NCBI GenBank assembly: GCA_039096225.1
Contig: JBBPEB010000004.1
Span: 496,001-560,000, forward strand
Source: Blastocystis sp. Blastoise
Taxonomy: Eukaryota > Protista > Bigyra: Opalinata
Direction: 5' to 3'
Length of the DNA stretch: 64,000 nt
Below, one piece after another: positions 38,984-51,600 of this stretch. The notes beneath the pieces were generated by a model. It worked only from the letters and a program-made list of their open reading frames with translations. It was not told the origin of the DNA and made no database searches. The position numbers and the translations under genes were made by a program. Each line of letters opens with the position of its first letter. Position 1 is the first letter of the stretch.

Positions 38984-40008
38984 TTACAAAACACTTACAC
39001 TGTATCGGTCTTACTTGATAAAGAGACTTCAATAGAAAAGTTGTCTGTCGAACAAAAGACATTTTTCTATAAAGAAAATCTTCAGTTCTTTTTTATTTGG
39101 ATTATATCTTCACTTCTCACTATTTTCTTGTGATTCCCATGATTAAGAAGAACCGATTTGTGTTTCATTATTTATGTCATTTTTGTCTTTAACAATAAAC
39201 GTTTTTTATCAGATGAAGATGATAAATAGATATATGATGATAGGGACTATATAGAATAAGTTTAATATATCATCTTCGAAGTATAGAATCCGTCGTTAGA
39301 AGCTAAAATCGAATGAATATACGTTAGTTAATGGCTTTAAATCATTTCATCGAACATATATATACTAATTTGAATAATGATTTGTTTATAAATACAAAAA
39401 AGTTAAACCATTTCACAATTCTTCTTTGTTTCATCACATTATTAAAAGGATTGATTTCAGAGATGTAGAGAGAATTTCGTGGTGAGATCAACTATGTGAA
39501 TGGTAAACCAGTTCATTTCAATATAGAAATAATATATAAGAAAGAATAACAATCATTAGCAAACGAACATCTATTCGAATATGAAACCCTCTTAAAGAAT
39601 GAAAACGAAAATTCTTTACTAAAAGTCATTATAATCTTGAATAATTTCTTGAGCTAAACTCTCCATAAAAATGCAAGTTTTCATTTCTCGACAGCATCTT
39701 CATTTTTCATTCCTTTGGTTAATTTCCGATAAAACTATCGGTATAAAAAATAATCTTAATTATGATGAGATAATCTTATGGAAATACCTATTTTTATGGC
39801 TTGATTTATCCGTATTCGACGTCATCCAATGATGTTTTTATTAGATGCTTGATTATTTTCCATGATTTTTTGGTAGTTTTTTTATCTAGTTGGATTTTTC
39901 TATACTTTTCTTAGTTAGATTATCTTTAGGGACTTCTTTTTCTTTTTGATTTCTTGTTACGGTATGTTGGTATTGTCTATTTACTGTTGACAACTCTTTC
40001 TATAGAAT

Positions 40009-41439
40009 ATGAGTACTGATAATGCTGCTGAATGTGCTGTTTCTCGTATTTCTATGATTTCTCATATAATTATGATTTAAATGATTTCTATAGCTTGCGC
40101 TGAAGAAAAGGAAGCTGCTGTTGAAGCTTTAAAGAATATGGGTGTTGAAGTTGACGATAATACACCTGCTGAAACTCCTTGTGGTGTTGATAGTACTCGC
40201 GGATTAAAGCCTATTGAAGCTATGTATGAGAGCCATTTGCCTATTGTATGTTTAAAATAGTTTTTTTTTAATTATGAATTTATTGAGTTTAATTATTTAT
40301 TTATTATATATAGGGTGAAACTGAAGATGGTAAGCATTGTTGGAGTCAACTTTGTGGTTCTGTCTTCAAAGTAAGAGGTAAAAATTACTTAAAGGATAAG
40401 AAGAAGTTCCATTCAGAACCTTGTATGTTTTTTTTTTTAATTATTATTATTATTTTTTTTAATTATTTTTCTTTATTATTATTATCATTATTTTAAATTT
40501 CTTATTTGTTTATATATAAAATTAATAATATAAACTATATATATATAGCCTTCTTAAGATGTGTAGGTGTAGAATTATTAGTATCTGATAAAGATACTGA
40601 ACATTTATGCGAACGTCCTGATTCCTTTGTAAATAGAGCTGTTAAGAATGGATCTAAAGACTTTTTCTTTGTTTATAATATTATGGTATGTATATATATA
40701 TATATATATATTTCTTTTATTTTTTTTTATTTATAATAATATAATGAAATATATATATTTTTTCATTTATATATATATATATAGATTAAAGGTCCTAAGG
40801 ATTGTAAGTCTCTTATTTCTTATTATACTGTTCCTTCTACTCTTAAAGAAACAGATCCTCTTTCTTATCGTTTATTTGAAACTATGAAGACTCAAGGAGA
40901 TGACTATATTAATCCTCATCTTAAACTTATTCCTGGAATCTATTCTATATCTTTTATAATAGTATTGTTATTTTTATATTATATATTTTTTTTTATTTAT
41001 TATATATTATTACCCCTATTTATTACAATTATTCTGTTTATCTTTAATACATATTTACGGTCCCTGGATGGTTAAGAAGGCTGTCGGTAATACCCCTGCT
41101 ATTGTCGGTAATAAGCTTCGTCAAGTGTCTTATCAAGGTAGTAATTATTTAGAAGTTGTTTTAGATGTATCTTCTGATAAAGTTGCTAAAACTGTATATA
41201 GATTTATTAGTTATCTATTATTATTTTATTTAATTTATATACTATCATTATTTTTAATTAAATTTATAATAATATATATATCTATATAGATTTGTGGTTT
41301 AGCTATTAATTCTGCTAAAGCTTTAGTCGTTGATATTGGTTTAGTTATTGAAGGTCAAAAAGAAGAAGATTTACCTGAACATATTTTAGGTGCTTACAGA
41401 CTTATTCATCCTCATTTAGAACAATGTGCTAAGATATAA
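40009..41439 (+). CDS. EDR2 C-terminal (DUF1336) domain protein
   Basis: WS..GSVFKVRGKNYLKDKKK, LKLIP..GPWMVKKAVG, YLEVVLDV, DIGLVIEGQ.EEDLPEHILG; an extra 5'UTR intron at about 39962-40005. Confidence 0.88.
40947..41058 (+). other. U12-type AT-AC intron (EDR2_C gene)
   Basis: ATATCTTTT donor, TCTTTAAT branch site at 41041, ends TTAC; restores LKLIPGIYS-GPWMVKKAVG. Confidence 0.9.
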
Positions 41440-41832
41440 ATATATTTATTTATATTTATAATAATATATATCTCATTTTTTTTTGTTTGAAACTTATGGA
41501 TATATCGATCTACCTTTATTTTGAATATACTTTTATTATAATATATTGTTAATAATCCTTATTATTATTTATATAATCAATATATAATCTATTTTTTTGT
41601 GTACATTAATACTTGTAATTTATACACTTTTCTGAAATAAATACGATTTGTTTTGTTGTTCAATTAAGTATATTTTTTTATGAATAATTACAATATATAC
41701 TTATAATGAATATACAACACAAACAATCAGAATAAAAGAATCGTATAATCTAGAAGAATTCTATTCCCAAAGATATATAAATAATTAAGCCATTATAATA
41801 TTACAAATAAATAATGAATTATAACAGAAAGT

Positions 41833-42756
41833 TTATGCAGATTTAGGTTTTTGTTCAGGAGCGAAATATTTGTAAAGAGGATAACCAATAACAGCACAAA
41901 CACCAAGAATGAAAATAGCCCAAGCAAGCTACAGAAGATATAATATATATATTATATTATAAATTATATTATAAATTAATTGATTATATATAGAGTAATA
42001 GAAGCTTATAAATAAATATATATACATAAGTATTAGAAGTATAGATTTTGTATTGAGCTTCAGGAAGAATGGGAAGAGTACCCATAGAAGAAGAGAATCC
42101 ATTCTATATTATTATTATAATATTATTATTATCTGAGATATTATTATTATTATTATTATTAATAAATATTATCATATATAATTAATAAATAATATATATA
42201 ATAAATAAAAAAGAAACATTAAAAAAAGCATATATATACATAAGTGTGAGATTGTTCTTGTTCATCAACAGTAACATAAGAGAGTTGAGCACGAGCAGTT
42301 TCAAGATAACCAGATTGACGAGGAGTAGCAGTAATGTTCTTTTCAATGGAAGCACCACTAAAATAAATAGTATATAAATATAAATAAAAAAAAATTATAT
42401 GAATACATAATTAAATCATAAAAAAAGCATGAAAATAAAAATTATTATAAAAAATATTTACGCTTCTAATTCTTCAATGACAATAGGATAGACACCATCA
42501 TGATCGAAACCTTCAGTAGGCCATTGATCATTAATAGTTACATTATAAGCAGTAGCTTCACCAACGTTGTAAATGGAGTAAATAATAGTAAAAGGATGAT
42601 TTTCACCAATGTAGTTGGTAGCAGCATCAACGTTCTTGTTGAAGATAATCTTAGGTTCAGATTGAGCTAATACAACAGCTAAAAAGAGAGCAAAACATAA
42701 AGTTTTAAAGTTCAACAAATAAACATAAGTGTTTAGTAAATTACAATATATACCAT
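41833..42756 (-). CDS. SSR2: Translocon-associated protein beta
   Basis: Signal peptide, YSIYNVGEATAYNVTIND.W, TARAQLSY, SSSMG, single C-terminal TM; the start needs a non-canonical first intron. Confidence 0.85.
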
Positions 42757-43628
42757 TATGAATATAACACGAAACAAAGTGAAAAATAACAATATAAATA
42801 TTCTATAAATGAAATGAGTAACAAAAAATAAGACCAAAACTAATGTACAGTGATGGAGATCAATGGGTTTGATTATATATGGAATACATATACTTCGTCG
42901 ATCACTTTTCATTTAATTCATGAGATTATTTCTTGAACATTTCAGATTTTTATCTACTTCCGTTTTCTTCATAGTGACTCTGTTTCTTATTATAGAGTGT
43001 GCATACATTGAATAGAATCAAATATTTTTTTATATAAAGAAATGATATTCCAAGGAAAGACGGTAAACAGATATATAAGCAACAAATAGATTAACAAATT
43101 ATTGTATTGTTTCTTTTTATAATCTTAATATATTTGAATGGTATTGACCATTGTTTTATCGATTCGTAAAAATCGTTATCATGAATAATTGGAAACATAC
43201 ATGTTTATTTTTATCAATTAGTGAATCCTAAAAAGAAAAATAACTAGAAATAAGGTATAACTTCCCATTTAAAATAAAAATAAATGTGTAAAACATTGTA
43301 AATAAAGATGTATTTGTGAATATTACTTTTTTTTCTGTGAAAATTATTGTTTTTCCTCTCCTATCGATTTGATGGATATTATTATGCAGACACATATTTT
43401 TTATATGTCCTTGTATAACTAAAAAACGATTATATGCAAAAAAAATGAAATGTTTGTTGTCAATCATTCATAAATATTGTCTTCCTAAAGCTTTAAGCAT
43501 ACATAAAAAAAACAACTATTATTAAAAGTATACAAACATAATTTTAATTTCAATAATTAATATACCTTCGATTAATAAAATCGTTTTTAAAAATTTGCAA
43601 AAGAATTAAATTGTTTCTTATTTTTTAA

Positions 43629-46600
43629 ATGACTTATCTAAAAACGAATATAAAGGCAACAACAAGTTGTGATAATGTTCAGCCTCCAAGTTATAAGGGG
43701 AAAAGTGTTTTATTCACGGAGTCTATTCATGTTGATGGCGAAATGAAGAATTTTCTTCAAAAGAAACATTCTCGATCTACAAAAGCACAAAATGTTTCTT
43801 ATACTCTTGTTGCTACAACTACATTTGAAGGAATAGAAAGTCAAATATTTCAAGTCAATTTTTTACGAATTAACGAGTCAAATGTGTATTTTTATCTTTT
43901 ATAATCAACATTAAGAATCTCTTTATATAGTGTGTTGCATCTGGACATTAGTATATCCAAAAATAATGAAAAACAAATGTATTTATTTTAAAAATAAGTG
44001 ATTTCTCGATTATTCTTTAGAAAGGAAATGGTTATAGGATATTTACGAGACAAGACTTATAGTCCAAAGATCCGGGTTCAAAGAATCACAGATCCATCTC
44101 ATCCATGGTATGTATATTAATATTATTTTATATTATTGTTATGTTCTTATAAGAATCATTTTTCATTTATATATTATATATATTATATATATTATATTTA
44201 TACATGTTTGTACTTCCATAGTTTTCATGATGATATTTATGGGAATCCATCTTACGGTGTGTTTTGTAAGGATACTATATATGCAGGGGAAGTATTAGGT
44301 GTTATGAGTGGACAACTCTTCTTCTATTCCTCTTGGGAAAATATTTGCTGGATTGTATATATTTATAGGAATATATATTTATATTGTATATTATATTATT
44401 ATATTGTTTTGTATTCTATATATTTATTATATTATATATATTGTATTATATTCTATATATTGTATTATACTCATATTATTTTATATTTATTATATTATTT
44501 ACTATACTTATATTCTATTAATTTTATACAGTTTATGTTATATGTTTATAATCTGAAATATCGATATTATATTTTTTTTCTTATTCTTACTATTATAATA
44601 TATATATAACAAAATTCTTTTAAAATACTCCATTATTATGATTTTTACTTATTATTTCTTTCTTAGTTTCTTTGTATATACTCTATTTTTTAATTTTTCG
44701 TATTAAAGATGTTTGTATATAAATCAATCACTTTTTATTTTTCTATTTAATATATATATATATATATAGGATCTTTATCGTCAATATTATTCAATTGATA
44801 TAAAGAATAATAAACCAAGTATATATATATTTAATTATTTCTTTAACAAATATTATGTATTATAAGCATTATTACATTATATTCATATATTATATTATAT
44901 TCATAGACATACCTGCCCGCCGTTCCGGACCCGGCAAAGATTCGGAAGAAACATATTTATTGGATGGTGCATTCTATAGTATTTATATATATTTATATAT
45001 ATATATATATAATCAAAAACAATTATATATATAGAATAATTAATAAATTTATTTATATATATATATATCAAAAACAATTATATATATAGAATAATTAATA
45101 AATTTATATATATAATCAAAAACAATTATATATATAGAATAATTAATTTATTTATATATATATATCAAAAACAATTATATATATAGAATAATTAATAAAT
45201 TTATTTATATATATATAAATAGGGAATTTTGTGAGTTATATAAATGATTGTCACAGTGACTTACAACAATATATGACTGAACCAGTATATATAAATAGTT
45301 ATAGAATAATAATTAGTTTTAGTAAAAATATATTATTCTATATTTTTGTAGAGTGATATAATGAATATATTAATTGTCCTATATATATAAATAAATATAA
45401 TTTATGAATATATATTTCTTTTCTATCTCTTTATATATATCTATAGTCATATATATCTCCATATACACCTAATTGTGTTCTTGCCGAATGTTCTGTTCAC
45501 TCCATTCCCGTGGTTTTCTGTATAGCCACAAAGGACATAAATTGCGGGGAAGAACTCACTATTGAATATGAAATGGTATAAAAATATTGTTTCATATCAT
45601 TAAATTAATGAAATATAGTTATATATATATGTTATATATATATATGCTGTATTTTTCTAGAATTACTGGGATGCCCTAACAAGTCTTAAACAAACAGAAC
45701 TCAAAAACCAACTTCTCATGGTATATATATAAATATGAGTTTTTTCATAATTCTCTATTGTTATTATATATATATGTTTTATCGATACTTTTCTATTGTT
45801 ATTATATATATATATATATAGAAATTAACCGAAACCCCTGTTGTTCCTAATAAGGAAATAGAAGAAGAAATAAAAAGAAAACAAAACAAAGTATCTAATT
45901 TTAAACATTATATATATAGATTATATATAGTTAGAAGAATATAAACGATTAGCTAGCAAATATGAAGCTTCCATAAAGTATATATATATATACGATTAAA
46001 TAATATAAATAATAATATAAATAGTTTTCTATTATATTACTATATTTGACATTCTATATTTTATGATATATTATTGATAATTAAAAAGTGATTATTATTA
46101 TTATTATTATATATAAATTATAGATCCTCAATCAGTATATTAGAACAACAAAAAGAAGTATATATATATATTTTACAATTATTATTATTTATTTTGTATT
46201 CTATAAATATAGACTGCTCGTATGTATAAACTATCCATTCCCATTATTATTACTTTCTTTCCGTTTCTACAATTATTCATATTCTATTCTTCTCCACTTT
46301 AAAAGTTTTAATTATCTATATATTTATTATTCATTTCTTTTATTACCCATTTTTTCTCCTTTATATATATATATAAATCATAAACTTTATTTTTTTTACA
46401 TATCCTTATCTATATATATTTCTTATTCTCTTCTTTATTTTTTTATTTTCTATATTTTTTTTTCTTCTATATATTAATTCACTTCTCTCTCTATCTCTCT
46501 CTCTATTTCTATCTCTTTTTCTATCTCTCTCTCTATTTCTATCTCTCTCTCTATTTCTATCTATATATATATATATATATATATAGAGCGTATGGAAGCT

Positions 46601-48352
46601 ATGAAGGATAAAACATCAGAAGAATACCATCGACTTGAACAATTAAATAATAATATGCGTATTATATATTATATATATATATATTATATATTATATATTA
46701 TTTTTCTAAAGAATTTACATTATTCAAATCATTAACTATATATATATGCTAAATATTGTTGTTTAAAAAATAATATTTTTTTATATGCTGATTTAGTTAT
46801 TTACTATATATATGTCAGCCATCATTCTTTATCAAATATATATATATATATAGGTAATCAATTATTACATGAAACCATAGAATTAGATAAAATAAAAGAA
46901 GATCAGATTTATCATCGAAACCAACAAATCATTCAAAATCAAGATCCAGAAGCACGTGCTACATGTGCGTTTAATCCAGAGCATGTGATGCCACGTTCGT
47001 CATTAGAGAAACATCATAATAAATGTCCTGATGCTGATTGGACAATCTTTCAAAAGTGTCCGTATATATATATATAATATAATATATAATATATAATATA
47101 TATAATATATAATATATTATATTATATATTGATAATAATTACATATATAACTTTTAAATAATATAGTTTATATATATATATTATATATCACATTAATAAT
47201 ATTCTATTTATGTATTTTTTTGAATATAAATTTAACTATATAATGAATAATACTATATTATTATATATATATATAGTTATAACGATCTTCATATTATTCG
47301 AAAAACTGATTTGAATCATCATTTACAAACCTGTAATGATTATCAATTATATTTATTAAAGAAGAAACAGTATGATTTAGAAGAAGAAAATGATGAAATA
47401 GAAGAAGAAACACAAAAAGGTGAACTAGATAAAGAAGAAGGAGAAATAGATACAGAAGAAAAATATACTAATTTACTTAATAATAGTGATTCTACAATAA
47501 ATAGAGAATTAACAAATCAAAAAGATGATTTTAAAGAAAAGAAAAAAATAAATAAAAATAGTAATAATAACAATTATCTTAAAAAACAGTTAGAAATCGC
47601 ACGTTATGAAATTCAATCTTCTTATCCGTATATATATATATATATATAGTATTGTATATCAATAATATATTAATTTATATTATATATCAATAATAAATAT
47701 ATATATATAGATTATTAGATAACTTTACTGGTGATTATGCACGTACTTCTGTATATATATATTAAAGTCTTTTTTTTAACTCTATTAAAGACACTAAATA
47801 TATATATATATATATATTTATTATTATATATATGTTTTTAGATTATGAATAATTTATATATTTTGAATGAAATGATATACCCAATTGTCATTGATATATT
47901 ATGGGAAGAATATAAAGCAGATTTAGTTTCTATTATTGAGAAATTAGATACGGGTTGTAATTATTCAGAAGATTCAGCCATTTTCACCACTTTAGCTCTT
48001 ATTGAAACAAATAGATCCTTATTTGAAAAGTATATTTCATTTATATTTAGTCAATATCTTTATTGAATTATATAATTAATCAAAAATCAATTATCTTTTA
48101 TCTTTAAAATAAATACTATTCTATAATAGACGAGGATTCTTATTAAAACAAGAACTTAAGGAAACTATCAAAAAATTACGTTCCTTAAGAGCTTTACTTC
48201 CTGAATTCTGGAGTCCTTTAGACCCTATGCCAAATCCAGCTTATGTATTTAGAGATATCAAAGAAGTTATATCAAAACTTAACGTAATTGGAATTGATAT
48301 GCCACATTTCAGAGAACTAATCTGCTGTAGGGACTCCACAAGGAGAGTATAA
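43629..48352 (+). CDS. SET-domain protein with coiled coil and two CHHC (zf-U11-48K/GTSF1-type) zinc fingers
   Basis: One frame traced over about 19 GT-AG introns: ITDPSHP..YGVF..GEVLGVMSG, NFVSYINDC, PNC, ATKDINCGEELTIEYEMNYW; then CAFNPEHVMPRSSLEKHHNKC and CPYNDLHIIRKTDLNHHLQTC. Confidence 0.8.
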
Positions 48353-48694
48353 ATGTTTGAATGCGTATATTGACTTTCTCAGACATTTCACAATTATGGC
48401 TATATTCATTTCTTGTTTTGTTTTGTTGTTTATAATTCTATATCACAATTAGAGTGTATTTATGTCCAAAAACATGATTAAATAAACATTTTCTTTCCAT
48501 TTATTCATCAAAATGACTATTTTACTGTTCCAAATAAAAACTGTATTTATTTCACTGCCTTCCCAAGGAAAACCGAATTTCTCGAGGGAACAAAAATAAT
48601 AGTAAAAAAATCTTCAATTTTTCTTTTTGTTTTGATTTTTAGTAAACTCAAAAGAATTAAACAAAGTTTAATTTTTAGAAATATATTCACATAA

Positions 48695-51600
48695 ATGACG
48701 GAGTCTATTGATTATCTCCATCATTTGATTCTTATTTCGAAAACTGCAGATGGTCTTTTTGAAATAGATGATACAAAACCTTGTGTAGGCTATTTTAGAA
48801 AGTTTATTATTGATATGTGCCATAAAATCAATCTAGTACTTCAGCAAGACTCTGTGTTTCAATATATGGGTTCTCAGATGAATCTATTATCTCTTTGGTC
48901 ACAGGATTATCAGTATGATGAATCCTCGCTTCAAAAATTTGTTGATATAACAAAACAGTATTATCAAGATCTTGTTCATCGCTCTGAGAAGCAAACTAAA
49001 TCCTATGTATGTTGTTCTTAATGAATCCTTACTTTTTTAAAAATAAGATCTGTTGTTTTTAACTATTTAAATGTATTACTTGTAGGCATTTCATTATTCT
49101 TTTTTGCCATAGTTGTTTATATAATATTTATTTAGTAATAGATTAATATATATATAGATATACGATATTGAGCAGACGATTATTGCGTTGCAGATGATTC
49201 TTATATGTGGTTATACAAAGAAAAATGCATTTGAGTTTTATCAATATTTATGTAATTCTATTGTATTCTGCGATATAATTGCAAAAAAAGTATTTCAAGA
49301 TGTTCCTACGACTGTTCATGATCAGTTACAAGTTATTTGCCATATTAATTATATAAAATCACAAGCTTATTTATTATTACCTTCGTCGTTATATGAATCT
49401 ATACAAATCAGTGATGAATTTACATTTGAAAATATAACTAAAGAAAATACATTTAGAAATCTTTTAACTAAGGAACATTGTAGTAATTATGTTGAAGATT
49501 CTTTATGTTTAAAAGAATTACAACATTATAAATATAAGATTATGAATAATTCTAGTCTTCCTTCTATAGTATTTCTTCGTGATGTTAAGAAAGTTTTAGA
49601 TATTGATACTCAACAATTTTTATTACAAACAAAAGATTTCTCAAAACATAATAGTATATCTTCTTTAGATCAAGATATTACAAATAATAACAATAATTTA
49701 GGATTAATAGAATCTGAGGAAGAAACTACTGTTGATCCTTATGCAAATGGAATTACGTTAGAAACACTTTTTAATACGAATTCATGTTCTTTATTAACTG
49801 ATATTGAGGCTATAAATATCTCAAATCCTGTATTTAATAAAAGTGATTCAATTTCTTCAAATACATTATTAGTATCTACATCGAATGTTATTCCTTTATC
49901 TTCATTATCATCTTCTTCTTCTTTCTCTAATGATACTTTTCATAAACTTCCTGAGCAACCAAAACAAATATTAATATCTACAATGAAAAATCCTATTCAT
50001 AGTTCTCTTCCTAATAATATATCTCCTTATCAAAATGAATCCATGCTATCTTCCTCTCTACCTTCTATAGCGTCTCCTTCTCCTACTACAACTAATAATC
50101 AACCTTCTTTACATAAACATAATGATTCTTATGAAAATTCTTCTATTTTTATTCATTCAGAAAGTCTACCTCCTTCTCCATCTATACATACTACTATACA
50201 TAAATCAGTCATTCTTAATAATATTAATGATAATAAAAATAATAAAAAGAATAACGATAATAATTATAATAATAATAATAATAAAAAGAATAACGATAAT
50301 AATTCTATGAATAATGATTCAATTTCTAATACAAGTATGTCTATAGAATATTCTTCTATTCCTCAATCAACTATTCATTTTTCTAAAGAAAATAATCATT
50401 CTTCATCTGATGATCCCAGTTTCTTTGAAAGCAGTGACAACTCCAGTAATAGTGATACTAGTGATACTAGTGATAATAATAGTGATAAGAATGACGAGGA
50501 TAGTGATGATGATAATGATGTATATGATATGAATGATAATCCATTTGAATGTATACCTCCTCCTCCACCTCCTCCTCCGTCTACTAGTACTGATAATAAT
50601 AATGATAATAATAATAATAAGAAAAATACAAAAGATAAGAAAAAACAAAAATCTGTTTCAAAAGATGATTCCAGTTCTGACGATGATAGTTATTCAGATG
50701 ATAGTTATTCAGATGATAGTTATTCTGATGATAGTTATTCTGATGATAGTTATTATGATAGTTATTCTGATGATAGTTATTCTGATAGTAGCAGTGAAAG
50801 TGAAAATGATAAAGATAATAAACATAAGTCTATATCTAATACAAAGAAGAGTAATAAATCAAAATCAACATCTAAGAAAGATATTATAGATAATAGTGAA
50901 GATTCTGATTCTTTTGATTATGATAATGAATCTCGTTTCTTTGAAGACGCTCCTCCTCCTCCTCCTCCACCTCCTCCTTCTCTTAATGTTCCTTCTGTTC
51001 CTACTAAGAATGATATTAATTTTAATAATGATAATAATAATACCATGAAAAAGAATAAGGAGAAGATTACTTCTCATAATAAAGAGTTATTATCAACAGA
51101 TACTGATACTTCATCAAATGATTCAAGTGATAGTGATAATAGCGATCATGATAATAATAGTGATGATAGTGATAATAATAGTGATTATAGTAACAGTTAT
51201 ACTAATGATAAAGAAGATTCTAATTCAGATGATGTATATGATATGAATGATAATCCATTTGAATGTATACCTCCTCCTCCTCCACCTCCTCCACCTTGTT
51301 CTTCTTCTAAGGATTCTATGAAGAAATCAACAACTAATGAAGATACAATCAATAATTCAATTTTATCGAAAGAACATCAAGTAGAACTAAATAATAATCA
51401 ATCACAATCAAGTTGTAAGAAAATTGATTCTATTCAAGAAATATCTATTTCTTCAAATACTTCTTTAGATAACTTGGATTCTAAAGAAACTACTAGCGAT
51501 GATTCTAATGAAGAAAGTGATTCTGATAATAGTTATGATTCTATTGTTCAACACGCATATGATGATATAAATGAAACTAGTGATGATGATAATGATGTAT

